Source: the human T2T-CHM13v2.0 reference genome, Homo sapiens
NCBI RefSeq assembly: GCF_009914755.1
Contig: NC_060947.1
Length of the DNA: 64,000 nucleotides
Strand: one strand, 5' to 3'
This document shows positions 25,031-39,519 of the stretch, piece by piece (positions within the stretch are counted from its first letter, which is position 1; the number at the start of each line of letters is the position of its first letter). The notes below the pieces were generated by a model, which made no database searches, had not been told where the DNA came from, and saw only the letters and a list, made by a program, of their open reading frames with translations. Both the position numbers and the translations under genes were made by a program.

Positions 25031-27499
25031 GTTACAAAATCTGAGATAAGGGTTACCCATAAGATTAGTAGCAGACCCATCAATGACTTCAAGAGTTCTT
25101 ATGTTTTGACTCATCTATTTAATAAGGCAAGAATAAATATTATAAAATTTATTTCTTAAAATTCTGTGAAGTAGTTAAAACAAATTATTGACACTTAATA
25201 GGGCAAGTTTAACTTATCTGCAAAATTTAGCTAATCATAAATACATATTTTCCAGCCATGTGATTCAGGGAATATTTTCAAGCTTCACCATGGAAAATCA
25301 CTCTGTTATTAATCTAACATTGTATTAAATCAACAATTTCTGGGGCTATATTTGACAGATCATTGGCACTGGCCAGGCAGGTATGACCTTAGATAAGTAA
25401 AGGAGATTTGAAACAGATTTTGAAAAGTGAATCTCAAACTGTCCTTTCCCTATAGTGTTGACTTTTACAGAGAGTTAGTTGGAAAATAAATGAGTTAATA
25501 TCTGTCTTCCAACTACAGTCTGATAGCAAGTCACTGTCTTCAACATTGCTCCTGCCTGTGTGATCAATGCCATTGTCTTAAATAAGTTCCTGACTTACCC
25601 TATCCAGAACTTGGCTAGATTACAAGGAGGGTTGGGCAGTTCCATTTAGTTCCATCTGAAGGGAGTCTTACAGCAGTATAAGTTAGCCAGTTAGAAACTT
25701 CTCTCAGGTTGGCTCTGTTGTCAACCCAGTGCTCCAGAGGACAACAGACAAACAAAAACATTAGATGTACCTACATACAGATATCTGCCCAATCAACTGG
25801 GGACTACAGGACTGGCAGAAATGCTTGTCTCAGTTTATCTATAGGCTACCGTTATTATCCCTTCAATCGTAATAACTAAATTATTATAACCTTATTTAAA
25901 AATATTTTGTCATTGTTGCTCACAGTTTTTAGTTTACCTGGAATAGAATGTTTTGTAAATTTAAGGATATATTTAAAATATCAACATGAAGGAAACTTTC
26001 ATTTATAGCTTGCCTATAACAAACATACACACTGTCCGTTTAGAAATATTATACTAACAGATCATCAACATACACAGCAATGAAAGAAAGCTAAGAATTG
26101 AATACTTATCAGTGTTAAACAGATACAAAGAGGTGAGAAATATTCAAAAGTCTCATTTGTTAAAGATGAATATGCCTAAAAGATTCATGTCAAAAAACCT
26201 AAACTCATCCCGGCAGACCACTTTTCTATGTAGCTGCACTGACGGTCTTCAAAGAACTAAATGGATCAAACTGAATATGACTAAAAGGAAATGAAATTCA
26301 TTATTTTGTTCAAAGGAAATGCAGAGTAAACATTACTAAAGGCAAATGTAAGGGTGTCTGTCTGAAAAGACAGTATCATCTAATTATGCTAGTCAAGATA
26401 TGAGGGAGGGGAAAACAGTGATACAATCCACTGCTGCTTTTCAGCTCCACATTCAGTCCTGACTGACACTAGAGAGAAGCAGTACAGATGTTTACCAGAT
26501 TCCTCAGTAATGTGGCCAGCAGCACCTTTTTTATCCCCATACACAAATAAATTCATATACTTCCAGCAAAGTGCATTCAATCTAATAATCAGGTGCTACA
26601 GTGGGTGTCAGGGAAAGGTAAATGTTCCACTTCAAGCAGCAAAATTTCCTTAGAAGAACCTTTTTAAAAACTGCAAGCTGGTCTGTACATTATTTATGAA
26701 AATGTACAGTGTTTTACTGGACCACCTATTTTATATCTTGGTTCCTGAGCTTCAGCCTTTCAGTTTGAAAAATACAGTATAAATTCAGGCCAATTGAATT
26801 AATATGTCAGTATTACTTCTCCTCTGAATAGCATGTAGATTGAATATGTTGTAGTATGAGCTACCAAGAACAAAGTACTTCTCACTGGGCTTAGAACAGA
26901 TTCCCATTGCCATTTACTTCTAAATTAAGATGGGGTAGAATAAGACTTAGGCAAAACGTATATACCTGCTTTAATGGCAGTAAACGTTTTTGAGCTTTAG
27001 TTACAAATCAGAACAGGGATAAACTATACCTCTGAAGGAGCATAAAACAGATAAAACTATTAATTACTTAAGCAGCCAGAAGCCACCATGAAATTTCTAT
27101 AAGTGCTTTTAATCATGACTCTAGTGTAAGAGAGAAAAGAACATAAACATTTGTTTGGGCCCTGCTGTATATGTTTCAAATACTAAAGTTTCAGTGAATG
27201 GTTATCGCTATCTCATTATTCCTATGACTATTTCATTCAGTTCTTACAATCACCCCGTAAACAGGTCAGTAGGTATATTTATCAAACTTATTTTGCCATT
27301 ATGTACCACAATAAGTATACAAAGTTGTATGTACAAGGATTCATTCACACATTTATTCTGTCATTTACAAAATGATGCTGCAAAATGACATGTGATCTAT
27401 GCTACAATTTGAGTGATATAGATAATAGACAGATAGACTTCATACACATATAACATTCCTAAAAAGATGATACACATGCACACACACACCATAAGGTGT

Positions 27500-30020
<2,521 letters not shown>

Positions 30021-30029
30021 AATTTTATA

Positions 30030-31788
30030 GCAACTCATGCGCCAATTTTAATAAGAAGAGAATAATGACAGATATATTCTCTATTTCATTTTATATGCCT
30101 AAGAAAATCTTGAAACCAAAATCTAACAATGATATTTTAGAAAAGAAAAATATAGGCCAATGACATTCATGCTCATAGATCTAAAAATTATTTTAAAATA
30201 GCATACCAAAACAGCAATAGAAAAATAAAATATATCATGACTTAGTTAGATTAATTCCAGGAAACAATTTGGTTTAACATTAAATAATATTCATCATACT
30301 AACCAGTACAAATGTAAAAATTTGATTACCTCAAAGATAGAGATAAATGTATGATTTTAACCCATTTGTGGTAAGTACAAAAAAATTCTTAATAACCTAA
30401 TAATGAAAAAGAACTGCCTTAATTTAATAAAGGGTATCTATACAAACCTAAAGATAAATATTAAATTCAATGGTTAAATGTTGAAAGCTTTCCCTTGACA
30501 TCAAGAACAAGACAAGCATGCCCACCACAATTATTTATATTCAACATTATCTTAGAGTCATTAGCTGTAGTAATTCGTTTTCATGCTGCTGATAAAGACA
30601 TACCTGAGACTGGACAATTTACATTTAAAAAAAGTTTAATGGACTTACAGTTCCACGGGGCTGGGGAGACCTCATGATTATGGCAGAAGGCAAGGAGAGG
30701 CAAGTCACGTCTTAGATGGATGGCAGGAGGCAAAGAGAGACAGAGCTTGCGCAGGGGAACTACTCTTTATAAAATCATCAGATCTCATGAGGCTTATTCA
30801 CTATCACCAGAACAGCATGGGAAAATCTTGCCCCCATGAATCAATTACCTCACACCAGCTCCCTCCCACAACATGCGGGAATTCAAGATGAGATTTGGGT
30901 GGGGACACAACCAAATGATATCATTAGTCAACATGGTAAAGTAAGGAAAAATAGTATAAGAATTCCAATTTTTTTAAAAAAGTTAATCACTTGTAAATGA
31001 CATTTTTGTCTACATAGAAAACCCAAAATACTCTACAACTATATTTGTACATTTAACAAGTACATATAGCAAGTTTGGTAGATTAGATTAGCAATTTACA
31101 AAATCAATTGTATTTTTCATATCTGGCACAAACTGTTAACAAATCAGTTTTTAAAATGTAACTATTAAAAGACATCAAACATATAAAGTGCCTTGGAATA
31201 AATCTAGAAAAAGATGTGCAAAACTCTAGGTAATATTAGGAATCTTATATCTTATTGAATGAAGACTTAAAGGAGAGATCCACTATATTCTTGAATCGGA
31301 AGACTCAATTTTATCAACATTATCTCTCAATTAACCTAAATATTTGATGCAATTTTAATTAAGATTGCAACACATATTAGTGTATTTTCAACTAAAAAAT
31401 CTAACTCTAAATCTTTAGCACCATGCAAAGCATCTCAGTATAAATTTTCACAAAATTCATGCATTCCCGCACTAGCAAGTACATACAGTTACACTTATAG
31501 CAACACATTTTTAATGCCCCTAATTTGAAAACAACCCACATATCCATAATATGGATAAACAGTTACATATTTGTAATTAAAATATCATATAGAGATGAAA
31601 ATGAATTAACTACAGCTATAAGTAGTAATATGTTTCAATCTCACGAGCAACACTGAAAGAAAAACAACAGAAAATTATAATTTCGTTTATATAAAAAGTA
31701 AAACTAGCTAAAACTAAACTGTATTTTAAGATGTTTGAAAAAAATAGTTAGTTAAAAAGTTAGAAGAAGCAGGGAACTAATTAAACAC
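30030..31788 (+). mobile_element. Old L1ME-type ORF2 and 3' fragments (interrupted by THE1B)
   Basis: gaaaagaaaaatataggccaat, ttgaaagctttcccttgacatcaagaacaagacaagcatgccc, gtctacatagaaaacccaaaa. Confidence 0.75.
30566..30923 (-). mobile_element. THE1B solo LTR
   Basis: tttcatgctgctgataaagacatacctgagactgg, ggacttacagttccac, gcaagtcacgtcttagatggatggcag; TSD ttagc/ttagt. Confidence 0.92.
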
Positions 31789-32497
31789 TGTGATTTGAGA
31801 GACCAAAATAGATGTCCCTTTATTAATTAAGACTTACCCTAATGTTAAGGGAAAAAACGTTACCTAAGATTAAATGGTTCAAGGCTTGGCTGGCATGGCA
31901 ACTCCCTAAACTCTTACTGCTGCAAGAAAACCTACACTCTTGCTAAACTCTCTAACAATTGGAACTGTCAGGCAAATTATCAGACACCTCCTCACTCCAA
32001 CTTACAACCCAGACTGCTATAACTGTACTTAAACAGGCAACCAGCCTTACATTCTTTTCTGATAAGCAGCTTGCAGACCTCAAGCCAGTTTCAACCAGCT
32101 CATAGAGACTGTGCACAAACTGTCTGTGTCCTCTAGTTCATCTTTTGGTGTAAAGAGCCAAATTCCACCTCATTTCAATGCTAAAACCCCACCTCAAACT
32201 GAATATTGGATATATATTACATATATGTTTGCCCATTGCACATGCACTTGACCACCCTCATAAATATATATAGCCTTTCCATAAAACCTGTTGAACATGT
32301 ATGACTCTATTGCATGATACAGGCCCTGTGAGGCATAGAACCTGACCTGCCATTTACTTCCAAGACAGAACATCTTTGGCACACACCAGAGACTTAGTTT
32401 CCAGTTTGCAAGCTGAGTTTCCAGTTTGCAAGCTGATTATCATGAGTACAACTCTCCTTTCTATTACTTAGCCATCCTAGTGGTCTTTTGGACAACA
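31789..32497 (+). mobile_element. ERV1 (MER4-group) solo LTR, probably MER67-like
   Basis: TG...CA ends; gagagaccaaaatagatgtccctttattaattaagac...ctaatgttaagg; taaagagccaaattccacctcatttcaatgctaaaaccccacc; ends gccatcctagtggtcttttggacaaca. Confidence 0.7.
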
Positions 32498-32644
32498 TCA
32501 GAAAAGTTAGGATCACAGTTATTTTCTAGGACTGGGGGATTGGATTGTAATGATGGAGAGACATGCAGAGTGTTGTGATATACTACCAATGTTCCCTTTC
32601 TTGACCAGGGTAGAGCTTAAATAGATTTGCACTTTATAACTGTA

Positions 32645-32880
32645 TTTTTTTAACTTTTATTTTAAGTTCAGGAGTATATGTGCAGGCTTGTTATATAGGT
32701 AAACTTGTGTAATGGGGGTTTGTTGTACAGATTATTTAATCACCAAGGTATTAAGCCTAGTACACATTAGTCATTTTTCCTGATACTCTCCCTCCTCCTA
32801 TGCTCCACCCTCCAATAAGCCCTAGTGTGTATTTTCCCCCCTCTGTGTGTCCATGTGTTGTCATCATTTAGCTCCATTTA
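32645..32880 (-). mobile_element. Short 5'-truncated L1PA13-like 3' end
   Basis: Same 3'UTR as 19200-19420; TSD cactttataactg(t/c)a at 32630-32644 and 32885-32899. Confidence 0.9.
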
Positions 32881-33039
32881 TATTCACTTTATAACTGCAT
32901 GTTAATTTGCACATATGTTTTATGTATCTATCTGCTTGTATATTACATTTAAATTTAATGCAAATTGATTTAATATTAAATACCTATAGTTACATATATA
33001 TTATTTATAAGATAAATACATTTATATCATGAAAGTACT

Positions 33040-35340
33040 AAGTACATTAAAAGACATACATTAATAGAAAGATAGAATGAAATAATATCACAAAGATATA
33101 TATTTTCCCTAAATTAATCTACAAATTCAATTTAATTCCAACCAACATTCCAAAAACAAATTTCTGGTGCTACTCACTGATTCCCAACTTCTATGGAAGA
33201 GGAACAGTTCAAGGATAGCTGAGACGATTCTAAAAAAAAAATGGAGAGATTGTTTCTGTCAGGTTTGGGATATATAACATACATCGTATAACTATAAATG
33301 ATTGAGACACAATGGTATTGGTATATAAATAAAGAAAAAGAACACACAGTACAACAAAAACATAAGTTAGAAATAATACGTCTAAACATAAATGGTATTT
33401 TGATAGAAAAATTGTATGACATAGAGGCTAAACATAACGGATTCTGCAACCAAACTGCTTTGTTTTCAATATCAACTCTGCCATTTAATAACTATGTAGT
33501 TTGAGGCTACTTAGTTTCTCTTCTGTGCTTTAGTTTACTCAACTACATAATGGAAATAATGGTAGCATCTATCTAATGTATTATTGTCAATAATATATAA
33601 AGTATTTAAAACGGTGTCGGGTATTTATTAAATGGTTATTATTTATTATGATGGTTGTTTTTTATTATTTCTATTATGAAAAATCAATGGAAACAGAATG
33701 ATTAAACTAATGCTTTTACAAAAATAAGCTTTCCATAAATTAGAGCTCTAATCAAGGTGGATTAAAATGTAAACATTAGAAATGAATCTTTTAAAAAATA
33801 GCAAATATCAAACTTTATAATACGAAAGGAAGAGTTAAATAAAATGCAAAAACATCAAGAAAATATATCCACGATAGAGAGTAGAATGGTCCTTCAGGAA
33901 CTGGGGTAGTGAGGGATGGGGAGTGTTGGGGAGCTGTTGGTCAAAGGATACAAAGCTTCAGTTAGATAAGAAGAATAAGTTCAAGAGATCTTTCTACAAC
34001 ACGGTGACTATAGTTAATAACATTGTACTGTATTCTTGAAAATCACTAAGAGAGTAGATTTCAGGTGTTCTCACCACTAAAATAATTTCGTGAAGTGGTG
34101 TATATGTTAATTAAGTAAATTTAGCCATTCTACAATGTATGCATTTGTGTACATATATATTTCAAAAATCATGTTGTACACAGTAATCACGTACAATTTT
34201 ATCTGTCAACTAGAAAGAAAATATTGATGTGTCTTACATTTAATATAACTATATTTATGTATGATAATGGACACCATAGCAAAGTTAGTTAAAAAAAAAA
34301 ACAATAGTCTTGGAGAGTGTACTCATATAACCAAGGAAATATCAGCACTCAAACCATATAAAAATCTTCTACAAATCACATAGAATAAGACAATAAATCC
34401 AACAGGCAAATGCCTAAAGGACATGGGCATGAAATTCATACAACACTACAAAAGAAAACACATAGAGCTACTAAACATATGAAAAAGTCTAGTGTTCACT
34501 AATAATCATGGAAATAAAAATTAAGCAACAGTAATATAATATTCACACATACTACATTAGGTGAAATATGATGGCTTTTTTATGAAGTGTTTGAGTGTGT
34601 TGCCAAGAATGTAGGAAAATAAAATTATCCATGCCATGCTGGTGTTGTTTACGCTTTAGAGAGGAATTTGGTGATAGCTAGTATATTTGGAAATATGCAT
34701 ATCCTATCAACCATTAGTGTCTCACACTAGTACACAAGACAGGCAGATCAATGTTTATTGCACTATTGTTTATGCTAACAAAAAGTACCAAAAACAAATG
34801 GCTTTCAGTAAGACATTGAATAAACTGTGGTATGCATTTACAGTTAAATACTACATAGTGATTGAAACAAAAATCTCTCTGTCTCTCTCATATGTATGTG
34901 TATATATATGTATGTGTATATGTGTGTATCAACATAAATATACCTCAACAATTATATTGAATGTGAGAAGCAAGTTTTGGAACATATGTAAATATGTATA
35001 TAAGTAAAATAAATATGTATATATGTAAAATAAATCATAATACTTTATATTGTCTATAAAGGTACAATATGTTATACAATGATAAAGACATGGATTAGAT
35101 AGACACATCGTAAGAGTATGGTTATCTCATGGAAAGAGGGAAATTGGGAAAAAAGAGAGAAACGAAGTATTCAACTTTATAACATTAATTTTCTACCTAT
35201 TTTAAATCATTTCAAAATATATTTTAAAAATTAAAATGTCAACTTTGGGGAATAAAACTGAGAAATAGGGAAGAGTTGTTTTATGTCTATGTCAAAAATC
35301 TTTTTGCCCTTTTTTGATTTTTTGCTATGTTACTTTGATT
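33040..35340 (+). mobile_element. Old L1ME-type ORF2 and 3' fragments with nested MIR (~33460-33650)
   Basis: ttttccctaaattaatctacaaattcaat, gagacacaatggtattggtat (TVWYW-like), ataaactgtggtatgcatttacagttaaatactac. Confidence 0.65.
33872..34220 (+). mobile_element. L1MA(7-9)-type 3'UTR
   Basis: agagagtagaatgg, ttggtcaaaggatacaaagcttcagttagataagaagaataagttcaagagatct, ggtgactatagttaataac, aaaatcactaagagagtagatt. Confidence 0.85.
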
Positions 35341-35479
35341 AAATAAAAACTTAAGAGCAACACTGAAATTTTAGAAATAGGAATTTCTGCTTTGGCCATA
35401 ATGTAGTAACAGGGATCAGCTTTGTCCTCTCACTTTAAACAACTAAAAAAACACGACAAACAAGACAAAAAAAAGTACA

Positions 35480-35700
35480 TACTGCAATATTAAATTTATA
35501 TGTACTTATGGAATTAAATTTATATAAATTTGAGAAAGTAATTTATAGTGACAACAGGTCAGTGACAGCCTTGAGGTGGGAGTGGACGGAGACATGGAAT
35601 ACAAACAGACTTGAGGAAAATTTTAGTGGTGTGCAAATATTGGTCATTTTGATTGTAGTGATAATTTTGTATACATATGTCAAAACCAATCAAATTGTAT
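35480..35700 (+). mobile_element. L1M 3'UTR fragment
   Basis: taatttatagtgacaacaggtcagtg, tgattgtagtgataattttgtatacatatgtcaaaaccaatcaaattgta. Confidence 0.65.
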
Positions 35701-35829
35701 AAGAAGTTCAAATCATCCAAAAACTATTAACTATACTGTACCAAGCACTGTGATCTACTTCTTCTCAATCATGTATGACCTTATGAAATCTTGCTGTTTT
35801 ACTGCAAATCACTTATGCCAATTTCTAAT

Positions 35830-35985
35830 TATGTATTTATTAAACAATATGATTAATATCTGCCGCTACCACTAGTCTGTAGAATCCATGATGGCAACAA
35901 GCCTGTCTTCTTTTCCTCATTATCATTTCCCAGTGCTAGTATATTGGCTGGCAAATTTCAGGTATTCAATAAGTATTTACCAAAA
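35830..35985 (+). mobile_element. L2 3' end
   Basis: cactagtctgtagaatccatgatggca...cccagtgctagtatattggctggcaaatttcaggtattcaataagtattt. Confidence 0.65.
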
Positions 35986-36684
35986 TAATACTAACAGTAG
36001 GTTCTCCAAGATGTACAGGACACAGTCCCTAACCTCAAGAAGCTCATAATCTTAGATGTCAAGTTTTACTGAATCCACTATTAGTAGTAAGAAGAGTAAG
36101 GTATAAAAGTGACATTTGAATTTGTCAATAAGTTAGACCCTCATGACCTTAAAAAAGAACTGTAATATGATAGATAATTAGATACCTCAACTGTTATGTT
36201 GAGAGGATGCTACTAGATTGAAATTAAGTCTATGTTTTCACTTGTGCAAAAACAAAACAGCTTTGATTGGTGATTATAACACCATAACAATTCAAAGCAG
36301 CTGCAGCATTAAGAACAGATAACCACAAGTTTGAAAGTTCAGGAGGAACCAGTTTTTGCTCCTGCATTTGTTTTCTTAAGCCTAATCTGTCACGATACTG
36401 GCACAATGTTCTCACAAATATAATTATGAAAATGGTACTGTCAAAAAAAAGAACAAGTAGAAATTAAAAGTTGCCCTGACTATCCTTATATACTTCATAG
36501 TCAGCATAGACTGTTAGTCTATGAATAGTTGATTTCTCCATAAACGTAAGAACACAGTGTATATGAAGCTTTATTTCATCATGTCATCTTGTACAAAATC
36601 CTGTCTCTGTAATTGCATTTTACATTTTTTCTGGCACTGGCTCATTTTCTATTTTTTACTATTTTTTCAACCTTTCTGGATATA

Positions 36685-37112
36685 TGTGTCATAATATACT
36701 AGGTTATGCTTTAGTAGCAAACATTCCCACCCCAAAATCTAAATGGCTTACATCAGAAAATGTTTATTTATCACTCGCGCAATGTATCTCTAGAGGGTTA
36801 AATATAGCATTCTGATCCTCTATGTTGTATCAATGTCATTATTAATCAGAGGACAGGCTAATGGCAAAATCGTCATTTTGAGCATTGCGGTTATCAATGA
36901 CAGAAGAAAACACAAACTTTGCTTTATCATAGCACAGCTAATACTGTTTTTAAAGCTTCTACATTAAAGTGGAAAACATTGCTTCTACTCACATTCCATT
37001 GGCCACATCAACTGATGATATGACCACTTCTGAGTTCAATAGGGTAGGAATGTATAATCTTTCCAGAGAGGGAGACACTGGATATTGATGAACATAAATA
37101 GAGTCTACTACA
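36685..37112 (-). mobile_element. Old MLT1 (J/K/L-like) LTR
   Basis: actaggttatgctttagtagcaaac...ccccaaaatctaaatggctta, ttctactcacattccattggcca, aatagggtaggaatgtataatc. Confidence 0.65.
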
Positions 37113-37337
37113 TTGAATTTTCACCAAGCTTAATCAGGTACGTTTACTAAATGAGCAGTTATTATAGTTGTAAAGTACCAAGAGGTTGTGTAGAATAAGA
37201 ACTCAGGCTCTGTAGTATATCTCCTCAGGGTTAAATCCTGCCTCTGCCATTTAGTAGATGTCTGACCTTTGGCTAATTGCCCTTTCTGTACATCCAGTCT
37301 TTAATTTTGCAAAACAATGATTATAAAAATAACACCT

Positions 37338-37685
<348 letters not shown>

Positions 37686-37737
37686 TCATACACATAGAAA
37701 GCATATTTCAGATGTGGTAAATGCTCAATAAATTTTT

Positions 37738-37813
37738 TTTCCTCTGCCTCTTCCTCTCTTCCTTCTCTTCCTCCTCCTCCTCCTCCTTGTTCTTCTTCTT
37801 CTTTTTCTTCCTC
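37738..37813. repeat. Polypyrimidine (CCT)n/(CTT)n low-complexity tract
   Basis: ctcctcctcctcctccttgttcttcttcttctt read directly. Confidence 0.85.
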
Positions 37814-37821
37814 TAACTATT

Positions 37822-38244
37822 CGTGTTAGGTTATTCTCATATTGTTATAAAGAAACACCTGAGACTGTGTAATTTACAATGAAAATATTTTAATTGCCTC
37901 ACCATTTAGTAGACTGTACAGGAAGCATGATGCTGGTATCTGCTCAGCTTCTGAAGAGGCTCTAGGAAGCTTACAATCATGGGAAAAGGTGAAGCAAAGC
38001 AGGCATGTCACATGGCCAGAGCAGGATCATGAGGGAGATGGGGAAGGTGTCACACACTTTTAAATGACCAGATCTCCTGAGAACTCACTCACTATTATGA
38101 GGACAGCACCATGGGAATGGTGCTAAACCATTAATGAGAAACCTGCTCCATGATTTAATCTCTTCCCACCAGGCCCCACCTCCCACACTGGGGATTATAA
38201 TTCATCATGAGATTTGGGTGGGGACACACATTCAAACTATATTA
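37822..38244 (-). mobile_element. MSTB-type MaLR solo LTR
   Basis: ctgtacaggaagcatgatgctggtatctgctcagcttctg, gaatggtgctaaaccattaatgaga, ccaggccccacctccc; TSD ctatt/ttatt. Confidence 0.9.
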
Positions 38245-38264
38245 TTATTATTTCATATCAGGTA

Positions 38265-38440
38265 TTGGTAAACATATCTCATTTAATTTCCAAGATTCCT
38301 AACAATTCTTTGAGAGAGATATTCATATGCTAATTTGAAAGATGAGATGGCAGAAGTTCAAGGTAATGAAGTAAAATATCTAAAGTTACACATTTGGCAA
38401 GACTACAATTTGAATACCATCCTTCCTGACTACAAGCTCT
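38265..38440 (-). mobile_element. MIR fragment
   Basis: gatgagatggcagaagttcaaggtaatgaagtaaaatatctaaagttacaca. Confidence 0.55.
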
Positions 38441-39124
38441 TTGCTGGTTTCCACAGCTTTTATCTATTTGTTGATATTCTGTTGTTCTATAGTTTTACTT
38501 GAAACAAAATTCAATTTAATATTGGTGATTTCTCCAGCTATCACATAGGTAGTGTTATCATGCTTTGCAAAATTGTTTTTATGGCCAATACTTCTAAGCT
38601 CTACATTTTCACAGTTGCCATTTACAGCTTTTGGTTATAAACACGCGGGACATCTTTTCTCGCCTCCAAACCTGGAGAGAGCCATGACATTTCAGGGATG
38701 GAAACTGGAAGCACCTCTCCACAGCTCCTTGTAATCAGGCACTCAGTACTCTAATGGCTTAAAAGTACACTTAGGTTTTTTTTTTTAATGATTTTATGCA
38801 TCCCTTCAATCTTTGTTACTGAGATCTCCTTATTGAATAAATTAACTTTTACAGACATTTATTTTTTTCACACATATCAACGATATTCATTATGTTGTGT
38901 AAGGCCATAAATTTGTCTATACATATTTATTGAATATATGTATATATTTATATTTTAAAACCAACTGTAACTCAATGTTGTTTTGATTATCTTGTTACCA
39001 TACTAGTAAAACATATTAATCCATGTATTCACTCAGCAAATTATAAAGTAGCTACTCTGTATTTACAATGTTACATAATATATATTCCTTGCCCTCAAAG
39101 AGTTTATAATCTAGGGCAATCTAG

Positions 39125-39285
39125 GATTATCAACAACATAGTTATTGGAAGTGCTTGTTAAAATGTAGAACTCTGGGCTTCACCCAGACCTAGAGAATCA
39201 GAATCTCTAGGAATGGGTTTCAAGAATCTACATATTAATAATATTCCTCAAGTAATTTTGATTTAGAATAAAGTACAAAACCTGT
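39125..39285. mobile_element. MER5-type hAT-Charlie MITE
   Basis: gcttgttaaaatgtagaactctgggcttcacccagacctagagaatcagaatctctagg...aagaatctacat...caagtaattttgat. Confidence 0.75.
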
Positions 39286-39519
39286 GGGTTAGTGTCTAAT
39301 TCAAATTACATCAAAACACAAGATCAAACATTAGCACTTATAAGTGAAAAATAATTTAGTGATCTTTTGGTGTATCATAAAACTACATTTAACACATGAG
39401 AAAACTGAGATACAGAAATTAGATTGTGCAAATTTGCTTATCCTGTAGACATATCTGCATCTAGAAACTAGATCTCTTCAAATTTAAGAGAGAAAATATG
39501 TATTATTATTAAATACATT

